Below are positions 1 through 10,659 of a stretch of DNA of 64,000 nt, piece by piece (within the stretch, counting starts at the first letter, position 1; each line of letters begins with the position of its first letter). Under the pieces are notes generated by a model that did not search any database, was not told where the DNA came from, and saw only the letters and a program-made list of their open reading frames with translations. Source of the DNA: Mobula birostris (taxonomy: Eukaryota). Position numbers and translations under genes: made by a program. The DNA lies in contig NC_092389.1 of the NCBI RefSeq assembly GCF_030028105.1, positions 29,823,308 through 29,887,307 of the forward strand, in the 5' to 3' direction.

Positions 1-558
1 AAACTCACCCCCTTATAGAAACAGACTCTATTTCATCAGGACGTATGGAATGGGAAGGGGGCACTTTAACTTCAACAAGCAGATCGTCAAGTTATTGAAG
101 TAGAAACAAAACTGTAACAATAGGCGCAAGCCTTCAAAGCTCACCTAAGAGAGTCCCTAAAGTCAAAAGAACCCTCTGAGCTTCTAAACTCCATTGTTGT
201 CATATAGGCACAGACCATTAACGCCATAAAAATGAAACTTTTGTTGCTGCACCAGCACAGTACATTACAGATCAGAACACAGATGTCTGCTCCACCATTC
301 CCAGTTGAATTGAGCCCATCACTGCGCAGGGACTGCCCGGAGCAGAAGCACTAACTCCTATGACCATGGACCAGCTGCCTACCGTACATATCAGGCTGCA
401 ACCCGCAGGGCCGGGAACGCGCTGACCGGCGCACCCCACAACCTCAGGCCGGAGTGCCCTCGGAACGCAGACGACTAGTCGGCCTTCCGACGGCAGGCGC
501 CCTGCTCTCCCAGGGCCGAGAAGAACGCGCTGATTGCCGAAGCCCCGTCGCCCCTCAC

Positions 559-675
559 CTGGAGGATGACGCTGCGGATAAGCGCATTGACTGTGCCGCT
601 GAAGGGGCTGCTCACCCCCTGAAAACACCAGAGCACGATGCCGCCCTTGCTGAAGATGGTGAAGAAGTCCAACAT
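559..675 (-). CDS. SRPRA: SRP receptor alpha subunit, coding exon 1 (39 aa, start of the SRX/longin domain); rest of gene lies left of the window
   Basis: Translates to MLDFFTIFSKGGIVLWCFQGVSSPFSGTVNALIRSVILQ, near-identical to the vertebrate SRPRA N-terminus; ends at CAG|GTGAGG donor (553-558); CpG-rich context; synteny with FOXRED1 and TIRAP. Confidence 0.96.
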
Positions 676-790
676 CTTGTGACGGGCCGAACGATCTAGA
701 GCCACCGATTATAGTCAGAAGCAAGGGACACGTCAGGGATACCGTCGTCACATCCCAATTGTTAATCGTCACTTCCGCGTTGCTATTCTC
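676..790 (-). promoter_or_regulatory. SRPRA proximal promoter/5'UTR with UPRE/CRE-like TGACGTGT (728-735) and ETS-type CGGAAGTG (770-777)
   Basis: Motifs read directly (gacacgtca; cacttccg) in CpG-rich DNA just upstream of the ATG; function inferred. Confidence 0.5.
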
Positions 791-989
791 CACCCTTTCC
801 CATTATTATGCTGAATATTGGCTGCATTCGAAAATGGAGTTTATCGTCATATGCACAAATGCTTTGAAAAAACTTACTTGCATCACAGGCACATATTATT
901 ATCATTAAGCAGCAGTCATAAGAAAACATATTATTCACATTGTTTTTACGAGAAAGGAAACTTCGCAGATCAAGTAGCATCTGTAGGGG

Positions 990-1165
990 GCATACACAAA
1001 ATGCTGGAGGAACTCGGCAGGCAGTCCTGCCGAAGGGTCTCGTCCCGAAACTTTGACGGTACTATTCCATAGATGCTGCCTGACCTGCTGAGTTCCTCCA
1101 GCATTTTGTGTGTGTTGCTTGGATTTCCAGCATCGGCAGAATTTCTCGCGTTTGTGTTTAGCATC
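990..1165. mobile_element. Short PLE-derived element with inverted ends and degenerate hammerhead core
   Basis: acacaaaatgctggaggaactc ... gagttcctccagcattttgtgt inverted pair around cagtc-CTGCCGA-agggtctcgtccc-GAAAC. Confidence 0.7.
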
Positions 1166-2154
1166 TGTAAGGGGAAAGGATTGTCAACGATTCTGGTCAA
1201 TATCAGGACGCTGAGTTCCTCCAGCAGATTCTTTGCGGCTCCAAATTCAAGGACTCTTCATCTCATCTCGATATTTATTGTTTATTTATTGTTATTATTA
1301 TTTCTTTTTGTATTTGCACAGTTTGTTGTCTCTTGAACACTGGTTGAATACCCAAGTTGGTGCAGTCTTTCATTGATTCAAAATCAGAATCAGGTTTATT
1401 ATCACCGGCATGAGTCGTGAAATTTGTTAACTTAGCAGTACAATGCAATACATAATATAGAAAAAATATATAATAATAAGTAAATCAATTACAGTATACA
1501 TATATTGAATAGATTTTAAATCATGCAAAAACAGAAATAATATATATTAAAAAGTGAGCTATTGTTCACAGGTTCAATGGCCATTTAGGAATCGGATGGC
1601 AGAGGGGAAGAAGCTGTTCCTGAATTGAGAACTTATGATTCTACTATGGTTATTATTTCATTGTGGATTTATTGAGTATGCCTGCAAGGAAATGAATCTC
1701 AGGGTTGTACACGATGACATATGTACTTTGATAATACATTTACTTTGAAATTTGAATTCTGATATCTGCAGTTTCATGTGTCTCCGCCGAATGTTTACCT
1801 TTGGATGACGTGAGTTCTGCATCCCAACGCTGAGGGTAAAATCAGAAAATGGGAGAAACACTCAGCAGGTCACAGCATCTGTGGAGAGAGGGAGAGTTGA
1901 TATTTTAGGACCTGGAACCCTTTTCAGATCAGGGATAAAGTTAGTTTTGGAAATAGACAAAAATTTTTGATTAAAAACACTGCTGAAGAAACTGCCATCA
2001 GGAGCCTCAGGACCCACACCCTCAGGTTCATGAACAGTTATTACCCCCCACAGAGCCAGAAAAAAACTATGGCACTGAAACAGGTCCTTCAGCCCATCGA
2101 GTCCATGCTGATCTATTTAAACTGCCAAGTATCATCAACCTGTATCCATCTCTC

Positions 2155-4166
2155 AACTCTCAGATACCTCCTCTTAATTACCCCTCGAAGAGGACCCCAC
2201 TAAGGAACACAAGGTCAATGTTTCCCACACCATCACCAACCTATTGACTCTAGGGATCTCCCATCCACCACCACCAACCTCATGGTTCCCATAACCTGCA
2301 CCTCCCGTTTCTACCTCCTAACCAAGATTCACAAACCTGCTTGTCCAGGTAGACCCATTGTTTCAGCTTGTTTCTGCCCCACTGAACTCATATCTGCATA
2401 CCTCGACACTGTTTTATGCCCCCTAGTTCAGTCCCTTCCTGCTTACATCTGTGACACTTCACATGCTCTAGACCTTTTCAATGATTTCAGGTTCTCTTGC
2501 CCCCATCATATTTTTTACTATGGATATTCAGTCCCTAAACACCTCCTTCTCCTACCAGGAAGGCCTCAAAGGTCTCCGCTTCTTTTTGGATTCCAGACCT
2601 AACCAGTTTCCCCTCTACCACCACTCTTCTCCGTCTAGCGGAATTAGTCCTTACTCTTAATAATTTCTCCTTTGGCTCCTCCCACTTCCTTCAAACTAAA
2701 GGTGTAACCATGGGTACTCACATGGGTCCAGCTATGCCTGCCTATTTGTCGGCTACGTGGAACAGTCCATGTCCCAAGCCTACACTGGTGACCGTCTTGC
2801 AATTTTCCTGCGCTACATCAATGACTACACTGGTGCTGCTTCCTGCACCCGTGCTAAACTCATCGACTTCATCCACTTTGCCTCCAACTTCCACCCTGCC
2901 CTCAAGTTTACCTGGTCCATTTTTTGACACCTCCCTCCCCTTTCTCGATCTCACTGTCTCTATCTCCAGAGACAGCTTATCCACTGATGTCTATTATAAA
3001 TCCACAGACTCTCACAGCTACCTGGACTATACCTCTTCCCACCATGTTACTTGTAAAAATGCCATCCCCTTCTCTCAATTCCTCCGTCTCCGCCACATCT
3101 GCTCTCAGGATGAGGCTTTTCATTCCAGAATGGAGATGTCCTCCTTTTTCAAAGAAAGGAGCTTCCCTTCCTCCACCATCAATGCTGCCCTCAACCACAT
3201 CTCTTCCATTTCACGCATGTCTGCTCTTACCCCATCCTCCCGCCACCCTACCAGGGATAGGGTTCCTCTTGTCCTCACCTACCACCCCACCAGCCTCCGC
3301 ATTCAACACATAATTCTCCAAAACTTCCACCATATCCAACAGGATCCCACCACCGATCACATCTTTCCCTCCGCCCCACTTTCTGCTATCCACAGGGATC
3401 GCTTCCTATGTGACTCCCTTGTCCAATTGTCCCTCCTCACTGATCTCCCTCCTGGCATTTATCCTTGCAAGTGGAACAAGTGCTACACCTACCCCTACAC
3501 CTCCTCCCTCACTACCATTCAGGGCCCCGAACAGTCCTTCCAGGTGAGGTGACACTTCACCTGTGAGTCTGTTGGGGTCATCTATTGTTTCCAGTGCTCC
3601 CAGTGTGGCCTACTGAATATCGGTAAGACCTGATGTAGACTGGGAGACCACTTCGCTGATCTCCGTCCGCCAGGAAAAGCAGGATCTCCCAGTGGACACC
3701 CATTTTAATTCCACTTCCCATTCCAATATGTCCATACATGCCCTCCTCCACTGTCGTGATGAAGCCACACTTGGTTGGAGGAACAACACCTTATATTTCA
3801 TTTGGGTAGCATCCAACCTGATGGCATGAACATCGATTTCTCAAACTTCTGGTAATGCCCCCTCCCCCCCACCATTCCCCATTCCCTTTTCCCATCTCCT
3901 TGCCTGCCCATCACCTCCCTCTGGTGCTCCTCCCCGTTTTTTTTTCTTCTGTGGCTTCTGTCTCTTTCACCAATTTACTTACAAGCTCTTTACTTCAACC
4001 TCTCCCCCTCCAGGTTTCACCCATCACCTTTTGTTTCTCTCTCCCCTCCCCCCACCTTTTAAATCTACTCCTGAACTTTTTTTCCAGTCCTGCCAAAGGA
4101 TTTCTCTGGCATTTTGTGTGTGTTGCTCAGATTTCCAGCATCTGCAGCTTTTCTCTTGTTTGTGAT
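2155..4166 (+). mobile_element. Penelope-like retroelement, 5'-truncated and decayed (RT + GIY-YIG + pLTR end)
   Basis: KIHKPACPGRPIVS, LPFLDL, YYKSTDSHSYLDY motifs; GIY-YIG remnant at ~3570-3850; homologous to 27832-30520 but with frameshifts and stops. Confidence 0.9.
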
Positions 4167-4199
4167 TGGAATACTGAGCTGCCAGTCCTGCACCTCCTG

Positions 4200-5560
4200 T
4201 AACCAAGTCTCACTAATGGCTACAATATCATAATTCTATTTGTTGATCCATGCCGAGTTCATCTGCATTTGTTACAATACTTCTTGCATTGAAATATACA
4301 CAACTCAGAATAGTAGTTCCACTCTGTGTAACCTTTTGCTTCCTGACTTTGTCTGAGGTCTTCAAAACATCTGTCTCCACAACCTCTCCACTAACTGTTC
4401 TGGCATTCCGGTTCCCATTCCCCTGTAACTCCAGTTTAAATGTCCATGCAGTACTAGCAAACCTTCCCATTAGGTTATTCGTTCCCCTCCAGTTTATGTG
4501 CAAACCAACTCTTCTATAGAAGTCCCAATTTCCCTGGAAGAGAATCCAATGATCCAAAAATCTGAAGCCCTCCCTCTGACACCAAGTCCTTAGCCCATGT
4601 TAAACTGTATGATCTTCCTATTCCTAGCCTCACTCACATGTCGCATGGGTAGCAATCCTGAGATCACAACCCTGGAGGTGCTGCCCTTTAACTTAGCACC
4701 TAACTTCCTGGACTCACTTTGCAGAACCTCGTCACTCGTCCTACCCATGTCATTGGTACCTACATGGACCACAACCTCTGGCTGTTCACCCCCCCACTTA
4801 AGAATGCAGAGGATTCGATCTGAGATGCCTTTTACCCTGACACCCAGGAGACAACATACCATCTGGGAATCTCATTCTCACCTACAGAAGCTCCTTTCTG
4901 TTCTCCTAACCAATGAATTCCCTTTCACCACAGCTCATCTCTTCTCCCCTCTTCCCTTCCTAGTCACAGAGCCAGACTCAGTGCCAGAGACCTGACCACT
5001 GTGGCTTTCCTCTGTTGAGTCAACCCCCCACCTCCCATCGACAGTATCCAAAGTGATATACCTGTTGTTGAGGGGGATGGCCACAGACGTACTCCGCACT
5101 GGCTCCCGAACTCCTTTCATCATCCTGACTGTCAACTAGTTTCCTGTGTTCTGCTCCTTGGGTGTGACTGCCTTTCAATATGTCCTCCTATTACCCTTTC
5201 AGCCTCCCGAGTTTAGAGTTCCAGAGTTCATCCAGTTCCAGCTGCAACTCCTTAACGCAGAGTGTAAAAACTGCAGCTGGATGTACTTTATGCAGGTAAA
5301 GTAGTCAGGGACATTGGAGGTCTCCCTGCCTTCCCACGTCCCAAGAGGAGCACTCAACTATCCTATCTGATGTCCCTACTGCTCTGATTGTGCAATCATA
5401 AAGAAGGAAGCAATAAATAAACTGAACATTTCCACCTACATTTCACCTTCTCTCACTCCAGCCTCTCCTCGCTGAAGTTTCGAAGAACTAAAGCCTCAAA
5501 ATCCCCACTCTAACACTGTCCACTTCAACAAAGGCTGCTCTGCTTGCCCCTGCTTTATTT
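4200..5560 (-). mobile_element. CR1 LINE 5' portion (ORF1 esterase/SGNH plus start of ORF2 endonuclease), decayed
   Basis: VVVHVGTNDMGR...VVISGLLP esterase motif (4590-4862); YFNARSI APE start (~4270-4300). Confidence 0.85.
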
Positions 5561-5629
5561 TAATTTACACTTGCTAATGAATCCCAATGTTTGGTTGACT
5601 GCTATTCATATGCCAAAACTCCTACCAAA

Positions 5630-8520
5630 CATAAGAACATAAGAAATAGGAGCAGGGGTAGGCCATCTGTCCCATTGAGCCTGCTCCACCATTCAATAAG
5701 ATCATGGCTGATCTGACCATGGACTCATCTCCACTTACCTGCCTTTTCCCCATAACCCTTAATTCCCCTACTATGCAAAAATCTATCCAACCTTGTCTTA
5801 AGTATATTTACTGAGGGAGCCTCCACTGCTTCATTGGGCAGAGAATTCCACAGATTCACCATCGTCTGGGAAAAGCAGTTCCTCCTCATCTCCATCCTAA
5901 ATTTACTCCCCTGAATCTTGAGGCTATGTTCCCTACCAATGGAAACAACTTTCCTGCTTCTATCTTATCTATTCCTTTCATAATTTTATGTTTCTATAAG
6001 ATCTCCTCATCCTTCTGAATTCCAGTGAGTACAGTCCCAGGTGACTCCATCTCTTCTCATAGTCTAACCCCCTCATCTCAGGAATCACCTCTGCACCGTC
6101 TCCAAAGCCAGTATATCCTTCCTCAAGTAAGGAGATCAGAACTGCACACAGTACTCCAGGTGCAGCCTCACCAGTACTTTGAACAGTTGCAGCATAACCT
6201 CCTTGCTCTTACATTCAATCCCTCTAGCAATGAAGGCCAACATTCTATTTGCCTTCTTGATAGCCTGCTGCACCTGCAAACCAACCTTTTGTGATTCATG
6301 CACAAGCACTCCCAAGTCCCTCTGCACAGCAGCATGTTGCAATTTTTCTACCATTTAAATAATAACCTGCTCTATCATTTTTCCTTCCAAAGTGGATGAC
6401 TTTGTATTTACCAACATTGTATTCCATCTGCCAGACCCTTGCCCATTCACTTAATCTATCTATATCCCGCTGCAGACTCTCTGTATCCTCCATACAATTT
6501 GCTTTTTCACTCAATTTAGTGTCAACAGCAAACTTATAAGCAGTACACTCAGTCTCCTCTTCCAGATCCCTTATCCCATTGTAGTCTCTCTTGTTTACGC
6601 ATAATACTCTGGTTTTAGATTGAACTATTGCACTCCCCTTTTGTATGAGAAACTCAATCATGCTGTGATCACTCTTTCCAAGAGGATCACTAACTACAAG
6701 ATTGCTAGTTTTACCTGTCTCATTGTACAGGACCAGATGCAAGACAGCATGTTCCCTTGTAGGTTCAGTAACATGCTGTTCAAGAAAATCATCACATATG
6801 CATTCTATGAAATCTTCCTCAAGACTGCTGTGACCAACTTGATTTACCCAATCTACGTGCAAGTTAAAATCCCCCATGCTAACTGCTGTTCCATTCCTTC
6901 ATGCCTCAGATATTTGTCAGTTTATTGCCTGTGCCACTGTAATGTTATTATTCGGTGGCCAATCGACAACTCCCACCAGTGATCTTTTTCCCTTTACTAT
7001 TCCTAAACTCTACCCAGATGGATTCAACTTTCTGCTCCTTAGATCGTCTCTCACTATTGACCTGATCTTATCCTTAATTGAGAGCACTACCCCACCTCCC
7101 TTACCTTCCTGCCTGTCCTTCCGCATTACCTGATATCCTTGGATATTTAATTCCCAATCCTCTCCACCCTGCAACCAAGTTTCTGTAATGGCCACTAAAT
7201 CATACCCTTTGTACTGATTTGTTCCACAAGTTCACTGACCTTGTTATGAATACAACAGACATTAGATAAAGTGCCCTTACACTCATTGTGTCTTTAAAAT
7301 CTAGTAATCTTTGTCTCTTACGTATTTGACTTTTCTGCACTACACCCTTACTTTTCTCTTTTTTAACTTTTGCTTTTACTTTTTCTTTATCCACACTTTT
7401 CTCTTTTGCTTTATCCATACTTCTCCAATCTGTTGAACCCATCCCCCTGTATTTAGTTTAAAGGCCCATCCACAACCCTAGTTATGCAATTCGCCAGGAT
7501 CCAGGTCCCATCACCGTTCAGGTGGAGCCTGTCCTAATGGAACAGCTCCCTCCTTCCCCAATACTGGTGCCAGTTTCCCATGAATTCAAACCCACTTCTC
7601 CCACACCAATCTTGAGCCACACATTTAACTCTCTAATCTTTTTAACCCTGTGCCAATTTGCACGTGGCTCAGGTAGTAATACAGGGGTTACCACTTTTTT
7701 GGTTCTGCTTTTTAATTTAGACCCTAGCTGCTCAAATTCCCTCAGGAGAATCTATGTCATTGATACCCACATGGACCATGACAACTAGATCTTTCCCCTC
7801 CCACTGCAAATTCCTCTGCAGGTCAGATAAGATGTCCTGAACCCAGGCACCAGGCAGGCAACACTGCTTTCGGGACGCTTCCCTGGGACAGAGAACTTTT
7901 GTCTATTCCCCTGAATCTACCCAATCCCCAATTACCACTACATTCCTCTTCTCTCCCAGTTCTTGAACGGCTCCCTAAATTACGGTGCCACAGTTAGGTT
8001 GCTCATCCTTTCTACAGCCCCCACTCTCATCCACACAGGGAGCAAAAATCTCAGATCTGTTGAACAAGCTCAAGGGCTGAGGCTCCTCCAATACTGTCTC
8101 TTGGATCCCACTACCTGCCTTATTCGCAGTCACACCCCCTTGTCCCTGACCACAGACCAAATTTGAGGCAGCTAATCTAATGGGTGCGACTATCTCCTGA
8201 AACAGTGTCCAGGTAACTTTCCCCCTCCCTGATGTGCCACAATGTTTGAAGCTCAGATTCCAGGTCATCAAATTTGAGCCCGAGTTCCTCAAGCAGCCAA
8301 CACTTGCTGCAGATGTGGTCACCAAGAACCACTATGGGGGCCACCAGCTCCCACATCATGCAGCGACAGCACATCACCTGATCCTGCATCTTCCTTCCTT
8401 TATTTAATTAGTTGTAGTTTAGTGACTTTTTTTATTCAACCACTCCAAAAGCTTTACCCACTACTCAACTGTGCCTCCTCACCGAAGCCTCTTGAGCCGA
8501 AGTCAGTAAACTTCACTCTC
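5630..8520 (-). mobile_element. CR1 LINE, internally deleted near-full-length copy
   Basis: 3' tail repeat (acataaga)n at 5630; LEYCVQF, KFAVDTKL, MGDFN, AITETWL ORF2 motifs; ORF1 zinc finger CCRCMMWE...HICSKC (8177-8389). Confidence 0.88.
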
Positions 8521-8737
8521 TCTGCCAGTAAACTATACTGTAAAGCGACTCTTAGTTCTGCCTTGTTAGATCTACAACAACTTCACCACTGTTCTAATTC
8601 TAACAAGTGCTGCTTGTTAATACACACTCGCCAACCTGAGTGAATCACTCCTTGTTTTGCTCTTGATTGCTGATTGGCCCCTACATAAAAACAAGCTCCC
8701 ATAATATTATTAAATTCAAAAGTCTAATGTGTGTTTA

Positions 8738-9230
8738 AATCACAAACAAGGGAAAATCTGCAGATGCTGGAAATCCACACACAAAATGCTGGAGGAACTC
8801 ATCTGGCCAGGCAGCATCTATCGAACAGAGTAAACAGTTAACGTTTCGGGCTGAGACCCTTCAGCAGGACTGGAGAAAAAAAGATGAGGAATCAGAGTTA
8901 GAAGTTGGGGTGAGTGGCAGAAGAAACACAAGGTGATAGGTGAAACCGGGAGAGGGGGAAGGGTGAAGTAAAGAGCTGGCAAGTTGATTGGTGAAAGAGA
9001 GAGTGTGCTGGAGAAGGGGGAATCTGATAAGAGAGGAGAGAAGGCCATGTAAGAAAAGGAAGGGGGAGGAGTACCAGAGGGGATATGATGGGCAGATTAG
9101 GTGAGAGAGGGAAACAGGAATGGGGAATGGTGAAGGAGGGAGATGGGGACCATTACTGGAAGTTTGATGCTATCACTGTTCATGCTATCAGGTTGGTGTT
9201 GCTCCTCCAGCCTGAGCTTGGCCTTATAGT
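8738..9230 (-). mobile_element. PLE 3' fragment with pLTR and degenerate hammerhead (CTGCTGA)
   Basis: Reverse-complement homology to the 3' end of 2155-4166; RLEEQH remnant. Confidence 0.75.
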
Positions 9231-9759
9231 GGAATTTGTAAAACAAAAAAAAAACGTGCTTCAAAAATTGCAGACGTTGGAAGTCCATTATATATAAAAA
9301 AAACAGAATATGCAAGGAATAGTCAGCAGGTCAGGCAGCATTGAGGGGAAATAGAACAGGTTGTACTCCTTTCCCTTACTCTCCACCCACCTACCTTCTT
9401 ATTCTGGGTGTGCCCCCTTCCTTCTCAGGTCTCTGCTCGAAACGTTTACTCCTCTCCATAGATGCTACCTAATTTGTTGATTTGCTCGAACATTTTTTTG
9501 TGTGTTGCTAATGTTTTGACGTAAGCTTACTAACCAGAAATATTTGGAAGAATACTGAAACAGCATACCAATGTGAGACTGAAGATGCTGAAAATACTCT
9601 TCACACTGCAAACGTGGGCGGAGTAAAAGCTTCAGGTCGAAGACCCTTCATTTGAAGGGATTTGAAAGGGAAAAGAAACTTGTTAAATTGAAGCGAGGGT
9701 GGGATAACTTGAAGTAAAAACGAGGATGACCATGGGGAATCGTTGACCATTAACCTTGT

Positions 9760-10260
9760 TTGCCGCCTGACACTGTGTTTTTGCTCCATCAGAACTTAAT
9801 TTTTCATTTTCAATCTGAATACTTTTGGCGCCTAAGATATTTAGCCCGCAAGCTTTCTCTCATTACTCGACGGAAATGCGTCTGCTTCTCTTCGTGTACG
9901 ATGACGTCATGACGCAGCCGTCCCACCCACTCGCTGAGGCGCCGACCTTGGTTCGTGGCGCGGTGCTGTCTGTCCTCCCGTGCTTGGCCATGTTTTCTTG
10001 GAGCTGTTGCCGAACTGCTGTTAGGGGCATTTTGGACTCTTTGCCGGTCTGTTGGCATCGTGCCGCTATACACTGCAGCGTCCGGGTGTGGAGGTACGAC
10101 GACTTCTTTAAAGGTGAGGTGAGGGCGATATTGGCGCTGCTCAAAAGGGTATTAACGGTGTAGATCGGGCAGCGTGTATAGGGAGACGTCGGGTGCAGAA
10201 ACTCATCCCGTGGCGGCATCGGAGCGGCGTTATAGAGATACAAGAGGCTGCAGATTCTGA
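9760..10260 (+). promoter_or_regulatory. FOXRED1 CpG-rich promoter with palindromic CRE ATGACGTCAT (9901-9910) and overlapping TGACGCA half-site
   Basis: Local CpG enrichment around exon 1; motif read directly ~80 nt upstream of the ATG. Confidence 0.65.
9990..10113 (+). CDS. FOXRED1: FOXRED1 exon 1 (mitochondrial presequence-like MFSWSCCRTAVRG...YDDFFK)
   Basis: gccATG start; Arg-rich, acid-poor N-terminus; AAG|GTGAGG phase-1 donor joins exon 2 in frame (G+AT=Asp). Confidence 0.85.
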
Positions 10261-10659
10261 GATATGGAGAGTAAAATAACGTGCTGGACAAGCTTCATCT
10301 GTGGAGGGAGATGGACGGTCTAGATGAAGTATCTTTACCCCCAAACGTCAACCGTCCATTTCCCCTCCACGGATGCAGACTGACCCGCTGATCTACCTTG
10401 CATGCTAGAGATCGTTTTGCATTTAATGCTACAGTTACAACTGGTCTTTTGACCTTTTTTTAAACTTTGTAAAATTGCCGTGATTTGAGTTTCCAGTGTA
10501 TAGACGGTGTTCTTCCAGCCGGTACCTGGCAGTCTTGGGCACGTTGGGGATGAGATTTTCATTGGCTGGGTGATTGCCACTGAGTCGTCACCAAAATTTG
10601 TATTTGGGAGTACTATTTGATTTGAGTTTGTTGGTAGGTGTTACTCTTTGACATTACAT

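Noticed and set aside
272-793. 173-aa minus-strand ORF and the 10-aa upstream extension of SRPRA
   Set aside because: GC-rich exon/intron read-through; the conserved protein starts at MLDFF (675)
2710-3552. Long RT-like ORFs (also 12029, 16631, 28779, 46602) as domesticated genes or retron-like systems
   Set aside because: All are truncated or frameshifted PLE/CR1 copies with TE tails or TSDs; there is no prokaryotic context
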